DNA of 64,000 nt from Promethearchaeota archaeon (GTDB lineage: Archaea > Asgardarchaeota > Lokiarchaeia > Sigyniarchaeales > SOKP01). Under the pieces are notes generated by a model. It was not told the DNA's origin. It saw only the letters and a list, made by a program, of their open reading frames with translations, and searched no databases. The first letter of the stretch is position 1. Every line of letters starts with the position of its first letter. A program made the position numbers and the translations under genes. Shown piece by piece: positions 1 through 10,289 of the stretch. The stretch is taken from assembly GCA_011364975.1 (NCBI GenBank), contig RDOE01000002.1, positions 9,793-73,792 on the forward strand, given 5' to 3'.

Positions 1-1
1 A

Positions 2-679
2 CCAGAAGAAATTCCTAAAGAATCCGATACCCTTTTTTTTATGGGGTGTCTTTCTACTATACGAATTCCCAGATATACGGAACATGCGCTAGAATATTTA
101 TTAAAACAAAAAGTTGACTTTACTATTTTAGATACAGAAATCTGTTGCGGTTGGCCTTGGTTTGCGAGTGGGTCAAAAAGAGAATTCGAGATTTGTAAAA
201 AAGAAAATATTGAAATTTTTCAAAAATATAATAAGGTAATATGCTTATGTCCTGCATGTTATTTTCTTTTCAACGAATATTATAAACCAGAAATGAAGAA
301 TCCCCCAAATTTTGTATATATTTCTGATTACTTAAGACCCTCAGAAAAGAAAAAAAAGGGGAAAATTGGAATACAGCATCTTTGTCAATTGAAAAATAGA
401 GGCAGGGAAGGAGTAGATACATTTGTTAACAGTATATTGGAAAAGAGCGGATATGATGTTAAGAATGTACCTCACTGGTGTTGTGGTGGTGGCTTGGGTT
501 ATATGCATAGAACCGATATAATTGAAGCGATTGCTCAAAAGAGAATGGAAGATTTTGATGATTCGAATGCTGATTTCGTTACAACCTACTGTCCTTCATG
601 TTGGTGGATTTTACAAAGATTCAGTAAGATAAATAAGATTAATCCAAAAGCTAAAGATTTATTCGAGCTACTTTTATAG
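2..679 (+). CDS. CCG-domain Fe-S oxidoreductase (HdrD/GlpC-like), 5'-truncated by the window edge
   Basis: The frame is open from position 2 (PEEIPKESDTLFFMGC). Motifs ICCG, CPAC, QHLC, WCCGGG and YCPSC make two CCG repeats. Paralog of the next ORF. Confidence 0.85.
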   Translation, partial: PEEIPKESDTLFFMGCLSTIRIPRYTEHALEYLLKQKVDFTILDTEICCGWPWFASGSKREFEICKKENIEIFQKYNKVICLCPACYFLFNEYYKPEMKNPPNFVYISDYLRPSEKKKKGKIGIQHLCQLKNRGREGVDTFVNSILEKSGYDVKNVPHWCCGGGLGYMHRTDIIEAIAQKRMEDFDDSNADFVTTYCPSCWWILQRFSKINKINPKAKDLFELLL

Positions 680-688
680 GTAAAACTC

Positions 689-1687
689 ATGAAAGAAGAA
701 TACGTATGTCCTTGTCGCGATATTGATCCCAAGAATTTCCTGGAAAATGAGGAAGTCATAAAACTTTTAGAAACTAAAGAGGAATTTAAATTTACTCAAA
801 AAGATTACCTCAAATTGTATAATTGTATTCATTGTAATGATTGTGGGATTTCAGAAGAAAGGTTTATGCTAAAGCAAAAATTTCTTGATGATGGGAATAA
901 AATAGAAGGCTTAAAGGAAATGATTCAAGTTCTCGAGACATATGGAACCCCATTTAAAATTAATAAAAGCAGGATTAAACCTATTCCAGGTGTTTCAAAA
1001 CATAGCAGTACTTTATTATACCTTGGTTGTTTTACAACCGTTAAAACACCTCAATACGGAGTGAATGCGATAAAATATCTTTTAAGTCAAAAGATTAAAT
1101 TTTGTATCTTAGAGGAAGAAATATGTTGTGGATATCCTATTTTATGTACTGGATCAATAAATATTTATGAGAAGTTAGTGGATAAAAATCTAAAATTATT
1201 TAAGGGAAGAGGATTTAGCGAGATAATCACAGTATGCCCAAGCTGTTTTATGGTTTTTAAAAAACATTATAGTAAAGAGAATATTAGGATAAGATATTTC
1301 ACAGAATATCTTAAACCTTCAGAAAAGAAAAAATCTGGGAATTTAATCATTCAGCATGCATGTCCTTTAAGAAATGGTGAAATGCCTGGAATTGTAGAAT
1401 ATCTTGAAAAATTATATAAGGAAAGTGGATATAATGTTATAGATAAAATTCCTACACGTTGTTGTGGATTTGGTGTTGGACATCAATTGCGAATTGATAT
1501 CTCGGAGGCAATCGCAGTAAAAAGAATGTTAGACTTTAAAGATGAGGGAGGTTTTTTGGAAGATTTGAAAGAAGGAGAAAATTATATTACAAGTTATTGT
1601 CCAGATGCTTATTGGGTTTTAAAAGCATATGGAAGGAAAAAAAAAGTTAAATTTAAAGTTAAGGATATGTGTGATTTGTTGTTATAA
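689..1687 (+). CDS. CCG-domain Fe-S oxidoreductase (HdrD/GlpC-like)
   Basis: N-terminal CIHCNDC, then YLGC, ICCG, CPSC, QHAC, RCCG, YCP. Confidence 0.85.
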   Translation: MKEEYVCPCRDIDPKNFLENEEVIKLLETKEEFKFTQKDYLKLYNCIHCNDCGISEERFMLKQKFLDDGNKIEGLKEMIQVLETYGTPFKINKSRIKPIPGVSKHSSTLLYLGCFTTVKTPQYGVNAIKYLLSQKIKFCILEEEICCGYPILCTGSINIYEKLVDKNLKLFKGRGFSEIITVCPSCFMVFKKHYSKENIRIRYFTEYLKPSEKKKSGNLIIQHACPLRNGEMPGIVEYLEKLYKESGYNVIDKIPTRCCGFGVGHQLRIDISEAIAVKRMLDFKDEGGFLEDLKEGENYITSYCPDAYWVLKAYGRKKKVKFKVKDMCDLLL

Positions 1688-1706
1688 AGATTAATCCTCC
1701 GTTCTA

Positions 1707-2300
1707 TTATTCAGGAGTCCACATTAGTTTACAATCTTCCCTCTCAGTATCATCCTCGTACATTTGAAACCACTCAAAAATTTCAAGCGCAAAATCGATG
1801 AATGCACTACCTTTAGCAGTAATAATATTATTATCTTTAACTATTCGTTTTTCTATATAATTATTTCTAGGAAACGGATCAGTCTCTCGTTTTTCTTTAT
1901 ATTCTTCAGGTGTCATCGTAGTAGTATACTTTTTTGAGCCTAATATCCCTGATTTTGCGAAAAACTCTGGGCCTGCGCAAATTGCTGCTAATAATTTATT
2001 CTCATTATTAAGTCTAATAATTAATTGTTTTAATTCAGGTTTAAATGGTCTTTCATGGCCTCCAGGAATAATCAATCCTTCTATATTATCAATCTTGATT
2101 GCTTCCTTAACGGTCATATCAGGATGAACTTTCATTCCCGCTCTACTTGAAACAGGAGTCTTCTCATAAGAAATATATGTAAGTTGAAAATTTTCATCTT
2201 CATTTATATAATAACATGCGAGCGTTATTTCAAAATCAACATAAGTATCATAGAGAAAACAGAGAACTTTTTTCATAACAGTTTGAATTAATGTCACCAA
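1707..2300 (-). CDS. DJ-1/PfpI family protein
   Basis: DFE near the N-terminus, IIPGG, AAICAGP nucleophile elbow, ITAKG. Probable start at the internal MKKVLCF. Confidence 0.9.
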   Translation of the reverse strand: MVTLIQTVMKKVLCFLYDTYVDFEITLACYYINEDENFQLTYISYEKTPVSSRAGMKVHPDMTVKEAIKIDNIEGLIIPGGHERPFKPELKQLIIRLNNENKLLAAICAGPEFFAKSGILGSKKYTTTMTPEEYKEKRETDPFPRNNYIEKRIVKDNNIITAKGSAFIDFALEIFEWFQMYEDDTEREDCKLMWTPE

Positions 2301-2471
2301 AAAAGTATTATTGAATTATACTTAAATATAAGTGAAGTCCAAAAAAGTGGTTTTTTGTTTTCCAAAATATAACGTAACCTTTAATTATATATTTCTATAA
2401 AGCATTACCCTCCTTTATGTTACTGATTTGATAAATTAATTACAATTATAAACTAAGAAGGTGATAAAATA

Positions 2472-2810
2472 ATGATTTTGGTTCAATGGTCGTGTGAAGT
2501 TCCTCAGGTAAAGCTGGAAAGCTTCCTTATTTATGTTAAAGATAGACTATTACCATTTTATGAATCTTTTGGTTGTTTACGTTATGAACTCTTTTTCCCC
2601 ATGATAACAGATAAAAAATATTTCCCTTATCACATTTCAGAAGATAATAATCGATACACAGAGCAGTTACTATTTAAAGATTTAAAAGATTTTGATAAGT
2701 TCTACGAAAGAATAGAAAACGAACGGGCTGCTCAAGAGATTGTTGGCATGTATACAAAAGAATTCGGGATTAAAAATTGTAATTTTAAGATATTAATGCA
2801 AGTGGGTTAA
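2472..2810 (+). CDS. hypothetical protein, possible dimeric alpha/beta-barrel (NIPSNAP-like)
   Basis: 112 aa ORF with a GGTGA RBS. The fold is a guess from size and pattern only. Confidence 0.6.
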   Translation: MILVQWSCEVPQVKLESFLIYVKDRLLPFYESFGCLRYELFFPMITDKKYFPYHISEDNNRYTEQLLFKDLKDFDKFYERIENERAAQEIVGMYTKEFGIKNCNFKILMQVG

Positions 2811-3135
2811 TCAGATTTATAAATTTGATTTTTTCCTACTTTTTCTTGAATTTATAAAGGAATTATTTGGAAGCTTTATTGATTTTAATTATAAGAAAAA
2901 GAAGTTAAATTTATTTCTTAATTACATCTTTAATTAAGCCAGAAAAAATACCATGAATCAATGCCTTTAATATGATTCTTATCCCTTTTTGAGTATTTAA
3001 AACAAGAATTTGAATCCCTTAAGATTATTTTTTATTGTATTTATGAGTGAACCAAAAACAATTGAGTTTTTTTATAAATTAAACGAATAAATATTTTAAG
3101 ATTGAACATAAATATTCATAATAGAAGGTGATTAG

Positions 3136-3828
3136 ATGTTATTTTCAGAAAATGAGTTAGCAAATGTTAAAAGAGAAATGAGTAAACTGAAGAATGAAGT
3201 GACCTTAAAACTGTTCACTGATTTTAAAACTCAAGCAGGAGGATCGAAATTACGCAATTGTATGGCTTGCGAAGCCTCTTATGAATTATTGAAAACCTTA
3301 ACTAATTATTCTGAAGGAAAATTGAAGATTGAGGAATTTTCTATTATAGAGAATGAAGAAGAAGCAAAAAAATATGGAGTTTCTAGGATTCCCGCAATAT
3401 TATTCGTAGATGAAGAAGGCAAGGAAGTTTTACGCTATTCCACTAATCCAACTGGTGCGGAGTTCGTACCTTTTTTAAATAGTATTCAATATTTCTCAGG
3501 TGTGCGGCCATATTATGCTGATCAAATAATAACTCACTTAAAAAAAATACCTAATTCGAAATCTAAGATATTTATCACCCCTACATGCCCTTATTGCCCT
3601 GCTACTGTCCCTGTATTAACATTGTTCGCGATTGTATCAAAAGGAAAGCTAACTGTAGATGTAATTGACGTTGATTTGAATCCAGATATTGCAATGAAAT
3701 ATCAAGTTCAAAGTGTGCCCCACACAGTTATTAATGAAAAAGAACACATTTTTGGAATGTTTACTCCTCAAGATTTATTAGATAAACTAACAAAGGGGCA
3801 AAGAGATTTTGGAGGAATGTATGCATAA
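3136..3828 (+). CDS. protein disulfide oxidoreductase (PDO, AhpF-NTD-like, two thioredoxin folds)
   Basis: CMAC and CPYC active sites, RIP and SVP cis-Pro loops, GGTGA RBS. Confidence 0.88.
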   Translation: MLFSENELANVKREMSKLKNEVTLKLFTDFKTQAGGSKLRNCMACEASYELLKTLTNYSEGKLKIEEFSIIENEEEAKKYGVSRIPAILFVDEEGKEVLRYSTNPTGAEFVPFLNSIQYFSGVRPYYADQIITHLKKIPNSKSKIFITPTCPYCPATVPVLTLFAIVSKGKLTVDVIDVDLNPDIAMKYQVQSVPHTVINEKEHIFGMFTPQDLLDKLTKGQRDFGGMYA

Positions 3829-3856
3829 CCATATTATATGAGAGGTGATTTAAAAA

Positions 3857-4540
3857 ATGTCTCAAGATGATAGATACCGAGAAATAATAAAACGAGAAAT
3901 GGCAAAACTAACAAAACCAGTTCGGTTAAAAGTTTTTACATCTCAAAGAACAGAAGCAAATGGAAGTAAAATAAAAGCTTGTATGGATTGTGGACAGTTC
4001 ATGGCATTGCTTAAAGTTTATGAAGAGAATTCTAATGGAATGTTATTCATCGAAGAATTATCTATCGATAATAACCCCGAATTTGCAAAAACATATGATA
4101 TTCAACGAGTTCCAACGATTTTATTCATTGATAATCAAGGTAGGGAATTAATTCGCTATTTAGCAGCACCTCACGGCGGAGAGATTCAACCATTCATTCA
4201 AACATTGTTTACTTTTGCTGGGGCTCCAAATTATTATGAAGCCGCGATTAAGCAGAATCTTAATAGAATCAATAGTGCAACAATTAAAGTAATGATTACC
4301 AACTCGTGTCCTTATTGTCCTCAAGTTGTGACCATTGCCAATCAATTCGCGCTTGCTTCAGGAGGGAAAATAAGAACCATCATTATAGATATTATGGCAA
4401 ACCCAGATATAGGACAATATTATGATGCTGCAGGTGTTCCTTACACGATTATTAACGATAGAAAACCATTAGTGGGTATGGTAGGTCCGAATGAAATTAT
4501 GAGGGAACTTATAGGGGGAAATATACGGGTTCAGTATTAG
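3857..4540 (+). CDS. protein disulfide oxidoreductase (PDO) paralog 2
   Basis: CMDC and CPYC sites, RVP and GVP loops, GAGGTGA RBS. Confidence 0.88.
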   Translation: MSQDDRYREIIKREMAKLTKPVRLKVFTSQRTEANGSKIKACMDCGQFMALLKVYEENSNGMLFIEELSIDNNPEFAKTYDIQRVPTILFIDNQGRELIRYLAAPHGGEIQPFIQTLFTFAGAPNYYEAAIKQNLNRINSATIKVMITNSCPYCPQVVTIANQFALASGGKIRTIIIDIMANPDIGQYYDAAGVPYTIINDRKPLVGMVGPNEIMRELIGGNIRVQY

Positions 4541-4743
4541 CTATTTCAAGAAATTTTCTTTCTACAAAAAATTGTGTTTGGCAAATAATAAACCATAATT
4601 TTTATATTTATAAGCTTTGATTCTGCTTTTTTAAATCTATAATTACTAAATTCGAATATACATTTTTTATGGAAAGAAAAATTAAACATCATAGTAATAT
4701 TTCAAAAATTATTACGTAAATTTAGATGTGAGATTATATCTTC

Positions 4744-5385
4744 ATGCCAGCTTCGTATGTTTTTAAGAGAATGATTAAGGATGAGATGAAAAAACTTTCA
4801 AAACCGATTAAATTACGAGTGTTTATGGATAACAATGGGGAATCGCAAAAATATGCATATACAATGTCAATATTAAAGGCATATGAAGAGAATTCTAATG
4901 GGTTGTTAACTATTGAAGAATACACCCTCAAGAATAATGCCGAATTAGCTCAAAAATACAAGGTTGATAGAAGCCCTACTATTCTTTTTATTGATGATGA
5001 GGAAAATGAGCTGATTCGATATTTATCAGCACCCCAAGGAAGTGAAATCCAACCGTTTATTCAAGCGTTATTAATATTCGGGGGAGCTCCAAATTACTAT
5101 GAGTCCACAATTAAAGAGAATTTGGACAATTTATCACCCTCAACGATCAAAATAATGGTGACTAACTCTTGCGCTTATTGTCCTCAGATGGTAAGTATAG
5201 TTTCCCAGTTCGCTCTTGCCTCAGAAGGGAAAATAAAGGTTATAATAATAGATATAATGGAAAACCCTGATCTAGGAGAAGCTTATGACACTTCAAGCGT
5301 TCCCTTAACTATAATAAATAATGAAAAAATAATAACAGGCATGGTAGGAGCGAATGAAATATTTGATTACTTGTTTTGTAAATAA
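4744..5385 (+). CDS. protein disulfide oxidoreductase paralog 3, lacking the N-terminal CXXC
   Basis: Closely similar to paralog 2. Only the C-terminal CAYC is kept; the N-terminal site reads ESQKY. Confidence 0.85.
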   Translation: MPASYVFKRMIKDEMKKLSKPIKLRVFMDNNGESQKYAYTMSILKAYEENSNGLLTIEEYTLKNNAELAQKYKVDRSPTILFIDDEENELIRYLSAPQGSEIQPFIQALLIFGGAPNYYESTIKENLDNLSPSTIKIMVTNSCAYCPQMVSIVSQFALASEGKIKVIIIDIMENPDLGEAYDTSSVPLTIINNEKIITGMVGANEIFDYLFCK

Positions 5386-5567
5386 AAACAATTTATTTTT
5401 TTATTATTCAAAGTTTAAGTCTTAGTCTAAGGATGCTTATCTTATTGGTAAGATTATCAATTTATATCTTCTCAGTTTATTTTATATCCATAAATTCTTA
5501 ATTTTTATAAATTTACTAACTTTTTATTACATTATTAAGAATATTACAAATTTAAAGAAGTTGTTAA

Positions 5568-6113
5568 ATGAAAATTGTAATCCTTCATGGGAGTCCAAGA
5601 AAAAATAGAAATTCAGATACTTTAGCAAAGTATTTTATTAAGGGAATAAATGAAAATAAAAATAACCAAATTAAGCATTTCTATTTAAATGATCTAAACA
5701 TCAGTCCCTGTCAAGGATGTTTAAGTTGTGCGACATCCTTAAATCATAGCTGTGTCATTAATGATGATATGCAAGAAATTTACAGATCATATACAGATGC
5801 AGATATAATTGTATTTGTAACACCTATGTACTGGGGCTACATGACTGCTCAATTAAAAACAGTAATGGATCGAATGGAAGCACTTGCATGGGAGCATTTT
5901 TATCATAAGCATTTTGTTATCATTATTACTTATCGTCACCATTATGAATCAACTGTAGCGTTCTTTAAACGAATAGCACCATTTTTTGATATCAAATTAG
6001 ACTTTATAATATGTCAAACTTATGATCCAGTATCGCAGAAAGACATTCCTATTGAAAATATTAAAGAAAAATTAGAAGATGCATACAAGCTTGGAAAGAA
6101 ATTATTTTTTTAA
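5568..6113 (+). CDS. iron-sulfur flavoprotein / NADPH-dependent FMN reductase family
   Basis: GSPR, CQGCLSC...C, DDM, TPMYWG, LKTVMDR. Confidence 0.88.
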   Translation: MKIVILHGSPRKNRNSDTLAKYFIKGINENKNNQIKHFYLNDLNISPCQGCLSCATSLNHSCVINDDMQEIYRSYTDADIIVFVTPMYWGYMTAQLKTVMDRMEALAWEHFYHKHFVIIITYRHHYESTVAFFKRIAPFFDIKLDFIICQTYDPVSQKDIPIENIKEKLEDAYKLGKKLFF

Positions 6114-6295
6114 ACTTTATGTCTTTGTGAATTTAAATTTTTAGAAATTATATTTTTAAGGATTTCTTTAATGTTTTGTTATTTATGAAATAATAAAGAA
6201 AGGTTTTTTATTCCTTATTATTTACTAATAGTTTGAATTAGTTTTAGGAATTAATTATTCAATAAAGAATTAAAGATAAAAAGAAGTTTAGAATC

Positions 6296-7240
6296 ATGTT
6301 TAATGTTGATATGGAAGGGCTGGATTTAGAGAAGAAATATGATCTAATCATTCTAGGTGGAGGTCCAACCGCTATTGGATGTGCAATCTACGCAGCACGA
6401 TTTGCAATGGAGGTACTAGTAATAGGAAAAACATTTGGTGGCTTAATAGCAACCACACATCTGGTAGAAAATTACCCTGCCATAACAAGTACAAGCGGAC
6501 AAGGATTAATGGACATGTTTAAGGAACATATGGACTCACTCAGTATCCCTTATATCTCAGATGAAATACAGAGTATCGAAAAAGGAGAGGTTGATTTTAC
6601 TTTACATTCCTTTTTTCAGAAATTTAACGCACATAGTATTTGTATCGCTACTGGTTCAGAACGTAAAAAATTAGGAATTCCCGGTGAGGACCAGTTTCTT
6701 GGGCGAGGTGTTTCTTATTGTGCTACTTGCGATGGCCCTTTTTATAAAGATAGGATCGTATGTGTGATTGGAGGCAGTGATTCAGCGGCTAAGGAAGCTT
6801 TGTTTTTGGCTCAAAACACCAAGAAAGTTTACATCATTTATCGAGGAGAAGATATTAGAGCTGAACCTATTAATAAACAACGAGTGCTTCAAAACGACAA
6901 AATTGAGATAATTTATAATACTAATGTAGTTGAGATTAAAGGAGAAAATAATGTAAAATCCGTTGTTTTCGAAAATGGTACTCAACTAACGATCGATGGA
7001 GTATTTATCGAGATTGGATCTATTCCAAACTCAAAACTAGCCAAAAGGATTGGAGTTAAGGTTAATAATAAGGAAGAGATTCTAATTAATCGAAAATCTG
7101 AAACCAACATACCGGGTATTTTTGCTGCAGGAGATGTTGCAGATGCTCCCTTTAAACAAGCTATTACGGGTGTTGCTGAAGGCGTTATAGCAGCATACTC
7201 TGCATTTGATTATATAAAGGGCATGAATATTGATTATTAA
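6296..7240 (+). CDS. trxB: thioredoxin reductase
   Basis: GGGP FAD motif, VENYP, GRGVSYCATCDG, IGGSDSA, FAAGDV. Confidence 0.93.
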   Translation: MFNVDMEGLDLEKKYDLIILGGGPTAIGCAIYAARFAMEVLVIGKTFGGLIATTHLVENYPAITSTSGQGLMDMFKEHMDSLSIPYISDEIQSIEKGEVDFTLHSFFQKFNAHSICIATGSERKKLGIPGEDQFLGRGVSYCATCDGPFYKDRIVCVIGGSDSAAKEALFLAQNTKKVYIIYRGEDIRAEPINKQRVLQNDKIEIIYNTNVVEIKGENNVKSVVFENGTQLTIDGVFIEIGSIPNSKLAKRIGVKVNNKEEILINRKSETNIPGIFAAGDVADAPFKQAITGVAEGVIAAYSAFDYIKGMNIDY

Positions 7241-7272
7241 ATAATAAACAATTAAAAGAAAATAGTAATTAA

Positions 7273-7590
7273 TTATTCTATTTTTACATCTATAGCATCT
7301 TCCATGGGATCTTTGAAAGGTACGTCTATTTTCAAGATACCATTTTTATAACTGGCTTTTGTCTCTTCAGCTTTTACAGGACAACAAATTGCATATGACC
7401 CTACATAAACTGTATTATCAGTTTCTCCGCTAATAAAGAAAGAATCTTCATGGATTTTTAACTTAATTTTATCTTTCTCAACACCAGGTAAGGTCACTTC
7501 AATATGATAAGTATCATGCTCATCATCTGCCCATGCGCATGTCTCTGGAGATCTTATAAATTTTTCTTTTGCTTCAGTCATTAATATCAC
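7273..7590 (-). CDS. Hsp20 small heat-shock protein
   Basis: LPGV, ASYKNGILKI, C-terminal IDVKIE. Confidence 0.88.
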   Translation of the reverse strand: MILMTEAKEKFIRSPETCAWADDEHDTYHIEVTLPGVEKDKIKLKIHEDSFFISGETDNTVYVGSYAICCPVKAEETKASYKNGILKIDVPFKDPMEDAIDVKIE

Positions 7591-7770
7591 CTTCGTTTTT
7601 CTTTTTCATTAAACTATTCAAAACAAAACAGATGAATAGAAGTATTAAAAATTAGCATAATAAATTAGAACAAAAAACAGGAAATTCCTTTCCTTTATGA
7701 ATACTTATGAGATTTTGTTTTTAATTTATAAATTATTGAAATAAAATCGATTTTTCTCTAAAAGTAAATA

Positions 7771-8439
7771 TTAAAAATCACAGAGTGGAATATTTCCTCT
7801 ATAATAAATTGTTTCTCCATCAAAACTTATTCTTATAGCAAAAATTTTAATATTTTTCTCCTTCGCTTCTGATAATGCTTTAAAAAATTTAGGATCTGTT
7901 TCATAATTCGGTTTTAAACAGCTTGCTTCACGAAATATTAGAAATAGAAGCATTCCATTGTACTTAATTATTTCTCTTACATGTCTAGTTCCTCTTTCAG
8001 TTGGAGCATCTGGGAACAAAGCTAACCCATCTTCAACTAAAGTGACTCCTTTAACTTCAAGATATCTACCATCTAACATGAAATCAATTCTACTTTTTCC
8101 TAATGGAACCTCCCTCCTAATATCTTGCACCTTAGAAAATTCTGTTAGATATTGAAAAACTAAAGAAGCAATTTTAGAATGGAGGGATGTATCGATAATT
8201 ACCCATTCATTTTTGGCTTTTACAGCTTTAACATAATAATCTAATTTTCCCTTAGATTCAGCAAATAAAATTTCACTTCCTTTAATCAATAATTCTGTCA
8301 ATCGTCCCGGATCATGTATGTGAGCAAGTTTCACAACCTTGTTATATTCAATTTCACTTACAAAGCGATTCGGTCTAGATAAAAATTTTCCTTTTCTTAA
8401 GTTCTCTAATTTAAAGAGTGTAATTTTTAGATCTGCCAT
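7771..8439 (-). CDS. sfsA: SfsA family nuclease / sugar fermentation stimulation protein
   Basis: RPNRF, HIHDPGRLTELL, SRIDF, EVKGVTL, FPDAPTERG. Confidence 0.92.
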   Translation of the reverse strand: MADLKITLFKLENLRKGKFLSRPNRFVSEIEYNKVVKLAHIHDPGRLTELLIKGSEILFAESKGKLDYYVKAVKAKNEWVIIDTSLHSKIASLVFQYLTEFSKVQDIRREVPLGKSRIDFMLDGRYLEVKGVTLVEDGLALFPDAPTERGTRHVREIIKYNGMLLFLIFREASCLKPNYETDPKFFKALSEAKEKNIKIFAIRISFDGETIYYRGNIPLCDF

Positions 8440-8552
8440 TTTTAGCTTTCAATAATTAATCTATTTAATAAGCATTATTAGGATACGATTTAATAATATT
8501 TTGTTATATATTATAAACTAAAGAGATAAAATTTACTCTAAATATAGTTATA

Positions 8553-8795
8553 TTGATGAGCAACGCCGAGGAACAAAAAAATATCGCGAATTATAAGTTC
8601 CATCATATTGATCTTGATAAGTGCAAAATTTGTAAGGACTTTTCTTGTGAAAATGCATGTTTTAGGGGCATATATGAGGTTATTGATAAGGAAAGTATGC
8701 CAAAATGCACTGTTATAGAAGATCGAGAAGATAGATGTGTAAAATGCCATATTTGCACGACTTTATGTAAATTACGTGCAATTTTAATCGATTAG
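8553..8795 (+). CDS. small 2x[4Fe-4S] ferredoxin
   Basis: CKICKDFSCENAC and CVKCHICTTLC. Confidence 0.85.
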   Translation: MMSNAEEQKNIANYKFHHIDLDKCKICKDFSCENACFRGIYEVIDKESMPKCTVIEDREDRCVKCHICTTLCKLRAILID

Positions 8796-8949
8796 TTTAA
8801 ATATTTCTCCTTAAGTGACTTAATTGTTGACATATTTTATAAATCAGACTTTTTGATAAAAAGTAACGCTTTTCTATCTGAACTTATAAAATATAAATTA
8901 TTTACATTATTAATCATATATAGACTAATTACATAATTTGTGAACTTTT

Positions 8950-9489
8950 ATGATATCAGAAAAGTTAAAGCTAGATGATATTGATCGTCAGATAATTTCT
9001 TTAGTACAAGAGGACCCTAGTTTAACCCATACTCAGATTGCTGAAAAAATAAATCGCTCGCAACCTACTGTTGGAATGAGAATAAAAAAGTTGGAAAAAG
9101 AGGGAATTCTGCAATTTCAACCAGGCATTAATTTTAAAAAAGTTGAGTTGAATTTAGCTACTGTTGAAGTGAAATGCACTAATCCCGATGAAATTATGGA
9201 AATGGCCTCTTGTTGCCCTTTCATGCTTAATGCATTCCGATTAAGCGGAGAACATAATATATGTATTCTTCTTGCAAGTTCAAAATTGAATAAACTGGAT
9301 GCTATAGTAAATTATCATTTCCGCAAAAATCCAGAAGTATCTTCTGTTTCTATGGAGATCGTCACTGATATTGCCAGGGATTTTATTTTACCTATCGATT
9401 TTGACAGCGAAAATCATGAACCTAATGAAGAAGAAGGATGCGGAGAGAAGTGTAAGTTTAAGATTGCTAAAAAGAAAGGAGAAATTTAG
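8950..9489 (+). CDS. Lrp/AsnC family transcriptional regulator
   Basis: LDDIDRQII...SQPTVGMRIKKLEKEG HTH, RLSGEHN in the RAM domain. Confidence 0.9.
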   Translation: MISEKLKLDDIDRQIISLVQEDPSLTHTQIAEKINRSQPTVGMRIKKLEKEGILQFQPGINFKKVELNLATVEVKCTNPDEIMEMASCCPFMLNAFRLSGEHNICILLASSKLNKLDAIVNYHFRKNPEVSSVSMEIVTDIARDFILPIDFDSENHEPNEEEGCGEKCKFKIAKKKGEI

Positions 9490-9493
9490 ATTT

Positions 9494-10069
9494 TTACTCT
9501 GCTTCCTCTTCTTTTTCTTTCTCAAATTTATATTTTGGTAGATTTACATTGAGATTGCAATCTGCACCACAACTATTTGAGTGATAATCAAACTTTTCAA
9601 TTTCAAAATCGATTGGTACAACAAAATCATGCACAGATTCAATCAAAATATTAGTTTTAACATTAATTACGTTAGGATCTTTTCTAAAACATAAATCTAC
9701 CAATTTTTCAATAGTTTGGAGATCTGAAGCAGCAATAAAACAAAGTAAATTAAATTCACCGGAAATCTTAAAAGCATGATTTATAAAGGGACAATGAATT
9801 ATTTTCTCAACAATACTTTCCACATCCTTGGTTGATATAAAGACAATCGCAACCTTAATATCTACTTTTTTAATATTAAATCCTACTTGTTTCGTAAGAA
9901 GGCTCTTTCGTTCAAGTTTAATGATTCGTGCCCCTACTGCGGGTTGAGATTTCTCTATTTCGTGTGCTATGTCTGAATGCGTTATATTTGGATTTTTTTC
10001 AATCATTTCTATTATTTTGTAATCATCATCGTCAATACCTAAAATTTCCTTAAAAGTTTTTTTAATCAT
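9494..10069 (-). CDS. Lrp/AsnC family transcriptional regulator (paralog)
   Basis: IDDDDYKII...SQPAVGARIIKLE, KISGEFN. Confidence 0.9.
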   Translation of the reverse strand: MIKKTFKEILGIDDDDYKIIEMIEKNPNITHSDIAHEIEKSQPAVGARIIKLERKSLLTKQVGFNIKKVDIKVAIVFISTKDVESIVEKIIHCPFINHAFKISGEFNLLCFIAASDLQTIEKLVDLCFRKDPNVINVKTNILIESVHDFVVPIDFEIEKFDYHSNSCGADCNLNVNLPKYKFEKEKEEEAE

Positions 10070-10289
10070 AGTCTTGTTCCTAGAGATGCAATATTAATTT
10101 AAATTTTGTTTTAATGGATTTAAAATTTACTTATAAAATTACTTTAAGAATTTGGTTAGATTGCATAAAGATATTTTATTTTATAAATCATTTTATAAAA
10201 AGCATTAATAACTAAAAAGAATGATTTTGTTCTTACTTAATAGAATTAAGTTCCTAATTTTAAAGCATGAATATCTTGAAAATAAAAAA

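Noticed and set aside
2-7240. Selenocysteine (UGA) recoding in the redox genes
   Set aside because: All redox motifs are encoded with Cys in uninterrupted ORFs, and no in-frame TGA was found at catalytic positions.
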